DNA from: Octopus sinensis
Taxonomy: Eukaryota
Assembly: GCF_006345805.1 (NCBI RefSeq)
Contig: NC_043021.1
Span: forward strand, 5,766,001-5,830,000
Direction of reading: 5' to 3'
DNA: 64,000 bases
Below, one piece after another: positions 24,361 through 36,175 of this stretch. The position numbers and the translations under genes are program-made. Below the pieces are notes generated by a model, which did no database searches, was not told the origin of the DNA, and was given only the letters and a program-made list of their open reading frames with translations. Positions within the stretch are counted from its first letter, which is position 1. Every line of letters starts with the position of its first letter.

Positions 24361-26249
24361 CTATGCTGCTGTCTTCTCAGATCAGGCAAGGAAGAGAAGC
24401 GTACTGAATCGAATTAGTATCAAAATTTGTCTTAACACCCTTGAGACTCATCATTATGACAGCTACCTGAGTCTGTTCTCTAAAATCAGACAATTCCAAT
24501 ACTAACTAAAACGTCACCGTGACTGACCAGGCTATCAGATGTTGCTACACATCGCTGATCACAATGCGCTTCACATTGTTTTAGCCTTCAAATGACGCCA
24601 CCCTGCTGGCTAAGCGAGCAGGCCAACAGAAGAAAGAGTGAGAGGAAGTTGTGGCAAAAGAGTACAGCAGGGATCGCCACGACCCCCTGCCGGAGCCTCG
24701 CTCAATAGACACTCACAACACCCGGTCTGGGAATCGAAACTGCGATCCTCCGACCGCGAGTCCGCTGCCCTAACCACAGGGCCATTGCGCCTCCACAACT
24801 AAAACGTATGCATAGTAAATATAATACCAGAACCACAATACCACTTGCACTACCTGCATAACACATGCAGAAGTATGTGGACGTGCTATAGACACGTATG
24901 TATAGGGTGAGAGCTGGCAGAAACGTTAGCACGTTGGGCGAAATGTGTAGCCATATTTCGTTTGCCGTTACGTTCTGAGTTCAAATTCCGCCAAGGTCAA
25001 CTTTGCCTTTCATTCTTTCGGGGTCGATTAAATAAGTACCAGTTACGCACTGGGGTCGATGTAATCACTTAATCCGTTTGTCTGTCCTTGTTTGTCCCCT
25101 CTGTGTGTAGCCCCTTGTGAATAGTAAAGAAATAAGTATTTTGTCTGTCTTTATGTTCTGAGTTCAAATTCCGCCGAGGTTGACTTTGCCTTTCATTCTT
25201 TCGGGATCGATTAAATAAGTACCAGTTACGCACTGGGGTCGATATAATCGACTTAATCCATTTGTCCCCTCTGTGTTTAGCCCCTTGTGGGTAGTAAAGA
25301 AATAGGTATGTGTAGGGTAATATTAGAATGACAGCAAGATAATCAGCAATCCACAAAGAGAAATACTTGTAATTATAAACAATTCCAGTATGCAACCATA
25401 CACATTCACGAACACACAAGCCCACATAAAAACATATACACACAAGAACACAACTATACACACATCGGCATGAATACCCACACAGACATACACTAGCACA
25501 CACACACACACATGCAAACATACACACAGACTTATATGTTTGAAAGAAAACTTCTTTTGTTATTTTAAAATTGTCAGCAGTGTTTATGATCTGAAAATTG
25601 CTATTACACAATCCATTTGTCAACGAAACAAATGTTTATACCTGAACATATACTTTTCATTTAATTTCTTTTTTTTTGTGTGTATGTATGTATGAGCATA
25701 TATTTGTTTTCAAATGTGTGTGTAATTTTAGGAAGCACTCCGTCGGTTACGACGATGAGGGTTCCGGTTGATCCGATCAACGGAACAGCCTGCTCGTGAA
25801 ATTAACGTGTAAGTGGCTGAGCACTCCACAGACACGTGTACCCTTAACGTAGTTCTCGGGGATATTCAGCGTGACACAGAGAGTGAAAAGGCCGGCCCTT
25901 TGAAATACAGGTACAACAGAAACAGGAAGTAAGAGTGAGAGAAAGTTGTGGTGAAAGAGTACAGCAGGGATCACCACCATCCCCTGCTGGAGTCTCGTGG
26001 AGCTTTAGGTGTTTTCACTCAATAAACACTCACAACGCCCGGTCTGGGAATCGAAACCGCGATCCTACGACCGCGAGTCCGCTGCCCTAACCGCTGGGCC
26101 ATTGCGCCTCCACGTGTGTGTAATAAAAGCATATGTAACAATGTATGAAATTTTTGTAAGTGTAATAATACACACACACATACATATATATATATACATA
26201 TAAGAGAACAAGGTGTATGTTACGCTGCAATAATTTATGTCTAAAAAAT

Positions 26250-26500
26250 ATATATAAAAATACAAAATGGGACAAGAACGCAAAACATTCAAATAGACGA
26301 TACAAAAAACACGGACAGGTCATTCGAAGCCTCTAATCTTCAGTCAAGAACCGCATCATCCTCACAATTTCGGCTGATTAATCTTGAAAGGATGATCCGG
26401 TTCTTGACTGAGGATTAGAGGCTTCAAATGACCCATCCGTTTTTTTGTGTCGTCTGTTTGAATGTTTTGCATTCTTGTCCCATTTTGTATTTTTATATAT
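26250..26500. repeat. Foldback palindrome, about 113-bp arms with a 26-nt loop
   Basis: 26250-26362 is the near-perfect reverse complement of 26389-26500; embedded in (TA)n. Confidence 0.9.
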
Positions 26501-27759
26501 ATATATCATCATCATCATCATCATCGTTTAACGTCCGTTCTCCATGCTAGCACGGGTTGGACGGTTCGACCGGGGTCTGGGAAGCCAGAAGGCTGCACCA
26601 GGCTCCAGTCTGATCTGGCAGTGTTTCTACAGCTGGATGCCCTTCCTAACGCCAACCACTCCGTGAGTGTAGTGGGTGCTTTTTATGTGCCACCTGCACA
26701 GGTGCCAGGGGAGTCCGGCATCGGCCACGATCGGTTGGTGCTTTTAACGTGCCACCGGCACGGAAGCCAGCCAAATATATATATATAAGGTTTTGTGTCT
26801 GCCTATGTATATGATTATGTATGTATATATCTACATATAAGTCTTTTATTTTTTACTTGTTTCAGCCATTTAACTGTGGCCATGCTGGAGCACCACCTCG
26901 AAGGATTTTTAGTCAAATGTATCAACCCAAGTACTTACCTTTTTAAAGTCTGGGACTCATCCTATCGGTCCCTTTTTCTGTTCACTTGATACAGGGACAT
27001 AAACACACCAACTTGCCCAAGGTGCCCTGCAGTGGAACTGAACCAGGAACCATGTGCTTGAGAAGCAATCCTCTTATCACACAGCCACACCTGCGCCTGT
27101 ATGTATCTATATTGCATTTCATCATCATCATCATCATCATCGTTTAACGTCCGTTTTCCGCGCTAGCACGGGTTGGACGGTTTGACTGGGGTCTGGGGAG
27201 CAGGGACTGCCCCTGGCTCCAGTCTGATCTGGCAGTTTTTTCTACAGCTGGATGCCCTTCCTAACGCCAACCACTCCGCGAGTGTAGTGGGTGCTTTTTA
27301 CGTGCCACCTGCACAGATGCCAGAGGGGTCTGGCATCGGCCACGATCGGTTATTGCTTTTTTTCGTTGCATTGCGGCAGGGGGGGAGGGTTCCGGCAGAG
27401 AGGAGAGAGGGAGAGGGAGAGAGAGTGGTGGGGGGTGCATGTAATATAGGGGAGCACCAGTGGGGAAGGTTTGGGGTAACCGCGAACGAATGGCGGGCTG
27501 CGAAGATTTTGATTGGGGACAGTAGACTTAAAGCAATCGGGGTTTGAAGAAATGAACAGAGTAACGAACAAATTAACTTGGTACCGAGGGGATAAACAAA
27601 TTAAAGGGTTATATTTTAAGAACAAGCAGAATTAGTGAATAGATTCGAACATTTAAGGGTTAGCAGCAAATGTATGTGTGTAGTACAAGAGTCAGGAAGA
27701 GATGAAATGAGAATTCTTAGCTTCATTGCTATGATCATCGCTGTGTGGTCAAGAAGGGG

Positions 27760-27855
27760 TGAATGAAAGATAAGCACACGAGGTGATTATTTATATAGGT
27801 TCACCGGAAGTGGGTTGGAAAGACGGAAGTTTTGATTGAAAGTAATGGCGGAGGA
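27760..27855 (-). promoter_or_regulatory. Candidate Pol II promoter (TATA + Inr + two ETS sites + YY1-like site)
   Basis: Minus-strand TATAAA (27795-27790) lies 31 nt upstream of the A of Inr TCATTC (27764). ACCGGAAGT at 27803 and ACGGAAGT at 27823; AATGGCGG at 27844; non-repetitive, CpG-retaining context. Confidence 0.45.
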
Positions 27856-29959
27856 CGAACGAAATATCTTCATACCGAGGCATTTTATCCTTTCTTCTAT
27901 ATAAGAATTAAAGTGTATATGTGTGTATGTATCTATGTATGTGTGAGCATGTGTTTGTATTTATGTATGTATAAGCATGTATATGTGTGTATAAATCTAT
28001 GTATGTATACATGTGTGTGAGTATGTCTAAATATATTTATATATATATATATGTATGTATGCATATGTATTTGCATCTGCATATTTATGTTCATATGTAT
28101 ATATGTGTATCTGTGCGTATATATATGTGTATATAAATTTGAATGTGTGTGTGCATACATTTATTGTATTGTCTCTAACTCTCCCTTTTTTTATATTACT
28201 ACTTTTTGTTCTTTATTCTCCCCTTTAACAATTGGACTCCTTCTTATTGACTATATATAAAAGCTTCATCCAAATATATATTTTATATTATTTGCCTCTC
28301 TGTTTGAAGAATTTCTAATAGGACATATCTTACATGTTTCCTACTTGCACAAATTTGTAATTCCTATTAGCAAACGAAACGTGTAATGGTGAATAAATAA
28401 AAAATTTTTTCCAATCTCCTGTATTGATATATACCATCATCATCATCGTTTAATGTCTGCTTTCCATGTTGGCATGGGTTGGACGGTTTGACCGAGGACT
28501 TGCTAGCCAGGATGCTGCACCAGGTTCCAATCTGATCTGGTAAGGTTTCTATAGCTGGATGCCCTTCCTAATGCCAACCACTCTGAGAGTGTGGTAGGTG
28601 CTTTTTACACGTCACTGGTATGGGAGCCAGTCAGGCAGCACTGGTATTGGTCACGCTTGAATGGTGCTTTTTACGTGCCACTGGCATGGGGGGGGGGGCA
28701 GTCAGGTGCAACTGGTATCGATTGTGCTCATATGGTGTTTTTACATGCCACTGGCACAGAAGCCAGTGAAGCAGTACTGCCATTGACCACACTCGAATGG
28801 TGCTTTTTATGTGCCACTGGCACAGGTGCCAGTCAGGCGGTACTGGCACCAGCCATGACGACAGTTTCACTTGACTCAACAGCTCTTCTCAAGCACAGCA
28901 TATTGTCTGACCATTTGGAGCGTACTTTTAAATGGGCTGGTTATGCAGCTCTGGCATTGGCCATGGCTACGATCTCACTTAGTTTGCCGGGTCTTCTCAA
29001 GCACAGCATATCTCCAAAGGTCTCAGTTGCTTGTCATTGCCTCTGTGAGGCCCAATGATCGAAGGTTGTGCTTCACCACCTCATCCCAGGTCTTCCTCTA
29101 CAAGAGTAAGTTTTCATTTCATGTAGCATTTCTTCAATTCAGGAAGTTAAACAATTTGGCTTTTTTGAGATTTAGGAAACATTTTCACTTTCAAATCTAA
29201 ATACAACCCTTCCATATATTGGTTGATGTGATTCAGACTTAAGATGTCCAATGAACAAACTCTGACCTTGAGTTCAAACATCAGTGGACATGCCCTCCAT
29301 ATTCATTAATGAACAATAAATGTAGAGACACAGAAACATCATCATCATCATCATCATTTAGCATCCGCTTTCCATGCTAGCATGGGTTGGACGGTTCAAC
29401 TGGGGTCTGTGAAGCCAGAAGGCTGCATCAGGCCCAGTCTGATCTGGCAGTGTTTCTATGGCTGGATGCCCTTCCTAATGCCAACCACTCCGTGAGTGTA
29501 GTGAGTGCTTTTTACGTGCCACCCGCACGTAAGAAAAAAAAGACAACTCAAAACAATATGTTTACTCAACTTGCCTGACTACCCACTTTACCTGGATCAG
29601 CAGATAAAGTGGGCAATTTGATAGCGAGATTGGCAGATAGATAAATAGGGAGACCAGGAGGTATGTGGGTGACAGGTAGATAGTTTGGCAGATAAATTGA
29701 TAGGTAGGTAAATTGATAGCAGGTAAGTATGGATGTAAGTAGGTAAACAGATAAATATAGATGCAGGCAGATTGTTAACAGGATTGTTAAAAGATAAGTA
29801 GGTTAATAGGTCGGCAGGTAAGGACTTACAGGTTGTTCAGGCTAAATTTGACAGTTTGCATTCAAGGAAAAGAAAACACAATAACCCATCCAAAAATTAA
29901 AATATTTTTTAAAAATTCAAAAAGAGAATATTAACTAGATTATGGCTGGGTGATAAGAG

Positions 29960-31800
29960 TTTACTCAAAGAAGCTGCCTTCAGGTTCCACTATGCCCTCA
30001 AGAAGGCTCCAGATTCTGGCACATGCGTTTCTCATTGTGTCTCTGGGAAGATCTTCAAATATTTCCTTGACCTTTGCCACCAGTAGACCTTGGTGTTGCA
30101 GACAGAATATTTTTCAACTGTGCTTCATACATAGTAATCGGGGGAATTAGGAGGCTAGAAAATGGGGCTGGTGAAGTTGTAGAAATTTTCTGACAACAGT
30201 TTCTAACTCTTTCCAGGGGTATGGTAAAGAACTGAATCCCACTGCTACATACACTCAGAGCCATGCTAATAGATTAGGAGTGAGATTTAGGATTTCTTGT
30301 TTTTTTTGTGAATTGATTTTGATAAAACTTTTCCCAACTGGTTTGCACACTATGGTAACACAATTGTTATGTTTTCATTATTCTGTGAAATGTCCTTTTT
30401 TTATTTCAGATTCTTCAGATTTTGGGTGAACCATGGTAATAGCTTTTGAATGAAAATATCCCATCTGGACATTGTTTTTCAGAAAATGAAGGGTAATAAT
30501 ACATATTAACCACACATTGAGTATATATTTAACAGAAAACCATAATATTATAACATTTATTGACATAATGAATTATTTAGCCACATGAGCACCAAGGAAG
30601 AAACGATCTGACTGTGGGACCTCCAAGACTGTGACAGCTAGCAATTTAAGGAATATTGGCCACAAGTTATGTGGGAAACCTGGACAAACAAGCAAAGCCA
30701 TTTTCACCACCTTCAGATTTCCTCATGTACCAATAACCACCAAAAATTGCAATCTCGGGACCATGGCTTTTGTTCAAGAACCCCTGAAACTGCTTTCTTC
30801 ACAGGAGTTTGAGGCTTCAATGTACATGACGTTAGACATGAGTTGTGTTTCACTGATGAGACCAGGGTGACCCTTGACAAACCTGATGGTTGGGCAAATG
30901 ATTGGGTCTATTTTGGAGATGAGCAACAATAGGGTGGAGGGGTCATATTGTGGGCTGGTATCATTGGGGACAAACTTATTGGTCCAGCCAGAGTACCTGA
31001 AGAGGTTAAAGTGACCACAGCTGACTACTGCAATCTCCTGAAAGAGGTCTTGGATCCCTGGCTAGGTGACACATCACTATCACTTCTAAGGAATCTCATA
31101 CTAATGCATGACAATGCTCCCTCCCACTCTGCTAGGACCACCAAAGCATTCTTAGGGTCTTGTGGCATACAAGATGAAAGGTTGGAGGTGTGGCCGCTAG
31201 CATCTCTGGATCTCAACCCTATCGAAAAACTTTTATCCATCATTAAACAAGATGTTTAACCGATGAACACCAATTTATGTTGAAAGATGTCTTATGGGCA
31301 ACCATGGAAGCTGCAGCAGAGGCAGTCCAACCTGCTACTATTAAGAAATTGATAGATTCCATGACTAACAGGGATTTTGAAGTTATCTGTTAAAATGGTG
31401 CTCATATGGCTAAATAATTCATTATGTCAATAAACGTTATAAAATTGTTTTCTGTTAAATATATACTCAATGTATCCTTAAAATGTATCATTACCCTCCA
31501 TTTTCTGAAAAATAATGTCTAGATGGGCTATTTTCATTCAAAAGTTATTAGCATGGTTCACCCAAAAAACTGAAGAATCCGAAATAAAAAAGAAAGGACT
31601 CTACACAGAATAATGAAAACATAACAATGATGTTGCCAAAGTGTGCAAACCAGCTGAGGAAAGTTTTATCAAAATCGATTCAAGAAAACTGAGACATCCT
31701 AAATTTCACTCCTAATCTATTAGCATGGTTCTGGATATATATGGCCTTCTAGCAGCAACCCTCTCCAGCCAGGGATTGACTGCAGTACCAACAGCTTCAT
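29960..31800 (-). mobile_element. maT-like (DD37D-type) transposase remnant split by the TRT-like element (host parts 29960-30251 and 31738-31800)
   Basis: Rejoining at TA restores PWLERVAARRPYM*QWDS..HT.GKS*K.LSENFYNFTSP..PPNSPDYYV. Confidence 0.7.
30252..31737 (+). mobile_element. Tc1-like DD37E (TRT-type) transposon with about 343-bp inverted ends
   Basis: TDETRVTLDKPDGW, WAGIIG, and HDNAPSH..NPIE with 37 residues between D and E; TA TSD; 30252-30594 mirrors 31396-31737. Confidence 0.85.
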
Positions 31801-33931
31801 ACATCATCATCATCATTTAGCGTCCGTTTTCCATGCTAGCATGGGTTGGACGGTTCAACTGGGGTCTGTGAAGCCGGAAGGCCGCATCAGGCCCAGTCAG
31901 ATCTGGCAGTGTTTCTACGGCTGGATGCCCTTCCTAACGCCAACCACTCCGTGAGTGTAGTGGGTGCTTTTTACATGCCACCCGCACAGGTGCCAGACGG
32001 AGCTGGCAAACGGCCACGAACGGATGGTGCTTTTACGTGCCACTGGCACGGGGGCCAGGCGAGGCTGGCAACGGACATGAACGGATGGTGCTTTTACGTG
32101 CCACCGGCACGGGGGCCAGGTGGGGCTGGCAGCGGACACGACGATCGGATGGTTCGCTTTTTGGTAATGTGCTGTCTGAATTGAGCCAAAGACCCTGTTC
32201 AAAGATGTAGGGATGAATACCAATGTGCAGACAGGGAATACCTGCTGTGTCCCTTCCTACTTTTTCACGGCTTCATAATCTCCATCGTAGCTGTCCATGT
32301 CACGTCTTACAACTTTTACAGTGTTCACAGAGCATTGAGAAGCAGTCATGATGTTGGCACTTTAACCCTTTAGTGTTCACATTATTCTGCCAAAATTAAT
32401 GCTTTTTCATCCACTTTGTTTTTGAACTAATCATGCATTATCTTGTAGCTATGAGATTTTGATGAGGTAGCTGTTAATTTTTAAAACGATATTGTAGGGT
32501 TGGTGTGAGAGACCAGATCTGGCCAGTTTGAACATAAAACAGGCAGAATACTTTTGGCCGGATATGGCCGGTTTAAATGCTAAAGGGTTAATCATCGTTA
32601 TACAGGTAACTCTTTTCCAATTTTCAGATGACTTGCAGCCCTTCACATCACTCTCTTTACTCTTTTACTTGTTTCAGTCATTTGACTGTGGCCATGCTGG
32701 AGCACCACCTTTAGTCGAGCAAATCGACCCCGGGACTTATTCTTTGTAAGCCCAGTACTTATTCTATCGGTCTCTTTTGCCGAACCGCTAAGTGACGGGG
32801 ACGTAAGCACACCAGCATCGGTTCTCAAGCAATGCTAGGGGGACAAACACAGACATACATATATATATATACATATATACGACAGGCTTCTTTCAGTTTC
32901 CGTCTACCAAATCCAGTCACAAGGCATTGGTCGGCCCGGGGCTATAGCAGAAGACACTTGCCCAAGATGCCACGTAGTGGGACTGAACCCGGAACCATGT
33001 AGTTGGTTAGCAAGCTACTTACCACACAGCCACTCCTGCGCCTATCAATTAACTTTTTCTCAACTATAACCTTAATCTTTATGCTCTCCAACGCCATTGA
33101 CTTTTCACCAATACATCAAGCTGTTTCTGAAAAAAGGAGACATTAAAAAAAAAAAAATCAAATTTACCCCTAACACCTTGTATAATTAACTAAATACCAC
33201 AAATTTCTTAGCTAATTAAACAGCTTTCTTTGCTAGCTAGTTGCCACAATGCTCTTAGCTAATTAGACACCACAGCTTTCTTAGTTAATTATAAGCCACA
33301 GCTTTCTTAGATACTGCCAGTTCAATAAAATCAGGTAATGAGGAAGTTGAGGTTAAGACAGAGATGTCAGACAAACATCATCATCATCATCATCATCATT
33401 TAGCGTCCGCTTTCCATGCTAGCACGGGTTGGACGGTTCAACTGGGGTCTGTGAAGCTGGAAGGCTTCATCAGGCCCAGTCAGATCTGGCAGTGTTTCTA
33501 CGGCTGGATGTCCTTCCTAATGCCAACCACTCCGTGAGTGTAGTGGGTGCTTTTTACATACCACCCGCACAGGTGCCAGATGAGGCTGGCGAACGGCCAC
33601 GAACGGATGGTGCTTTTACGTGTTACCGGCTCAGGGGCCAGGCGAGGCTGGCAACGGACACGAACGGATGGTGCTTTTACGTGTCACCGGCACGGGGGCC
33701 AGGCGAGGCTAAAAGACAGAAAACAGGAAAAAGTAAAAAGGATCAAACATGGAATAATTTCTTGAAAAATCTAATTTCAAGAAACCACTGCCATTACCAC
33801 AACCCATCACACACCACCACCACCACCACCACCACCACCACCACCACCACCAACAACAAATAGATAAAAACACTGACAAGGAATTCTTAAAGAAATGAAA
33901 ACGTTTTTTTTTTCCCCCTTAATTTTACAAA

Positions 33932-33937
33932 TTTATT
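33932..33937 (-). terminator. Candidate poly(A) signal AATAAA of the GLTP-like gene
   Basis: tttatt on the plus strand about 120 nt past the stop codon. Confidence 0.4.
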
Positions 33938-34057
33938 CAGAATATGTAGTTCAATAATCAGTCATGTGCCACTGCTCTGTGCCATCACTGTCACTGCACC
34001 ATGCTGAAAACAATGTCGCATGAGGATCCACCACCGCTGTGCTCTGCTGTGACGATG

Positions 34058-34162
34058 TTACACTTTGTCATTGTTCTCCAGGTTATACTCGATCAAAAGA
34101 GACTTAAATACTTCCAGGTTGCTTGATAACGAGTCCAGATACACCTGAAGGTCATTAATGAA
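34058..34162 (-). CDS. GLTP: GLTP-like terminal coding exon (FINDLQVYLDSLSSNLEVFKSLLIEYNLENNDKV*)
   Basis: Acceptor ttccattgaattccag; 34 aa then TAA; ends in KV like GLTP. Total CDS is 621 nt with an intact frame. Confidence 0.9.
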   Translation of the reverse strand, partial: FINDLQVYLDSLSSNLEVFKSLLIEYNLENNDKV

Positions 34163-34715
34163 CTGGAATTCAATGGAAAAATATATATAAATATATCACA
34201 CATATAACTTGAAAAATTGTGCTTGAAGGCATGACACATTACCAAAAATTTGGGCTCAAAAAAGATAGTGCTACATTCCACTCCTATACTCTATGCCAGC
34301 ATTTCTCAACTGGGGTTCTCCAGAACCCTAGGGTTCTCTGAGGAAGAGTTAGATAGGCTAATGCAGTCCCACTGCATGGCATCTTGGGCAAATGTCTTCT
34401 ATCACAGCCCCACGTTGACCTAAGCCTTTTGAGTAGATTTGGCAGACAGCAGCTGAAAGGAGGTTCCACATACATATATCACCATCTTAATTGCTTCCTA
34501 GCTACATGGTTTCGGGTTCAGTCCCACTGCGTGGCACTTTGGGTAAGTGTCTTCCACTATAGCCCCGAGCCGACAGGAGCTTTGTGATTGAATTCGGTAG
34601 GTGGAAGTTACTGCTGTGTGTGTATGTGTGCGTATAGCTGCTCAATGCCTCTCCAAAAGAGAGAGAGAGGGATAATTATATATAAATAAAATGACAGTGG
34701 CACATAAAAGCACTC

Positions 34716-35026
34716 ATGTGGTGACATGTAAAAGCGCCCGTGCAGTACCACGTAAAAGCGCCTGTGCAGTACCACGTAAAAGTGCCAGTGCGGTACCACG
34801 TAAAAGCATCCGTGCGGTACCACGTAAAAGCACCCGTGCGGTACCACATAAAAGCGTCCGTGCGGTACCACGTAAAAGTGCCTGTGCAGTACCACATAAA
34901 AGCGCCTGTGCAGTACCACGTAAAAGCACCCGTGCATACCACGTAAAAGCGCACGTGCGGTACCACGTAAAAGCGCCTGGGCGGTACCACGTAAAAGCGC
35001 CCGTGCGGTACCACGTAAAAGCACCC
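34716..35026 (+). repeat. 24-bp minisatellite (gtgcggtaccacgtaaaagcgccc, about 12 units) inside a family D copy
   Basis: Directly visible; followed by the family D body at 35030-35195. Confidence 0.9.
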
Positions 35027-35229
35027 AGCACACTGTGTTAAGTTGTTAGCATTTGGAAGGGCATCCAGCTGTAGAAACCATGCTAAAATAGGCAGGAGTC
35101 TGGTGCAGTCACACTGGCTTGCCAGCTCTGGTCACACATTTGTCAGCGCTAATCCAACCCATGCCAGCAAGGACAACAGATATCAAATGATGATGATTCT
35201 ATATAAACACACACGTGTTGTTCATGCCT

Positions 35230-35855
35230 CGAAATCATGGTTGTTAAAGAACAACCAGCACTGTCGTTTAACTGATGTTTGTTTCCAGCCTTCTGTGAAA
35301 AACCGCTCTATGTTACGCTGGTGAGACCCATATTGGAGTACGGGATTCAAGCCTCTTCTCCTTATCTCCTCAAAGACATACATCATCTTGAAAGAGTCCA
35401 GAAGCTGGCTACCCGCATGGTTCTTGGTCTCAAGCATTTGTCTTATGAAGAAAGGCTGAAGACGCTCGGCCTTTATTCTCTAGAAAAACGACGACGCCGT
35501 GGTGATCTCATTCTTGCTCACAACATCATAAGCAGAAAGTGTAACCTCTCGAAAGAGCTATTCTTCACTCCTGCTCCAGAGCATCGGCTGCGGGGTCACT
35601 CCGGAAAGCTCTATCTGCGACGATTTCACCTCAATCGAAGGAGAGGGGCTTTCTCCATCCGGGTTGCGGATCCGTGGAATAAGCTGCCGGACGAGATAGT
35701 GAAGATGCCGACAACCACTCGGTTCAAAGTCTCTCTTGACCAGAAAAGGCCCGAACTCTTTGCATGAACACCCTCCCTGTACATAACTCCATGTCCCCCT
35801 ACATGGCCTTGCTTTTTGCTTTTTGAGCCAAAAAATTAACTTAACTTAACTAACA
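35230..35855 (+). mobile_element. CR1 LINE 3' end (3' UTR fragment also at 36876-36953, minus)
   Basis: LYVTLVRPILEYG..LERVQKLATRMV..SYEERLKTLGLYSLEKRRRRGDLI..RVADPWNKLP; (TTAAC)n tail. Confidence 0.9.
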
Positions 35856-36097
35856 TTTGGCCATGGGGAAATAAATGCTGTTGGGTATTGAACTCATGAC
35901 TTTATGAACATGAGCTGAATGCCCTAACCACTAAGCCATGTGCCCTCACAAAAGCCAGAATGTTATGAGTGGTAACAAAATATGGGCAGACAATTTGTTC
36001 AGTACTGTCTGTCCAAGGGGAAATATTACTTCACTTGGAATGTATACTGAACCAATTCTAGCATGCAATCGTTGAGTAAATAATTTAGTTAACCCAC

Positions 36098-36175
36098 CTG
36101 TTCTTCATCTAAGTTGGTACCGTTACACAAAATGTTCATAAGGCCCGTACGGCTTGGGGCTGCTATTGAAATAAT
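36098..36175 (-). CDS. GLTP: GLTP-like coding exon 5 (IISIAAPSRTGLMNILCNGTNLDEEQ)
   Basis: Acceptor ctctttcaccag, donor CAG|GTGGGT, 78 nt, phase 0-0. AAP motif follows in correct order. Confidence 0.9.

Noticed and set aside
27846-27905. ATGGCGGAG start codon in good context
   Set aside because: Stops after 19 codons with no usable donor; better read as a YY1-like motif.
34608-35041. Overlapping ORFs with WYRTGAFT / VRYHVKAP repeats
   Set aside because: Product of a 24-bp (multiple of 3) minisatellite, open in many frames.
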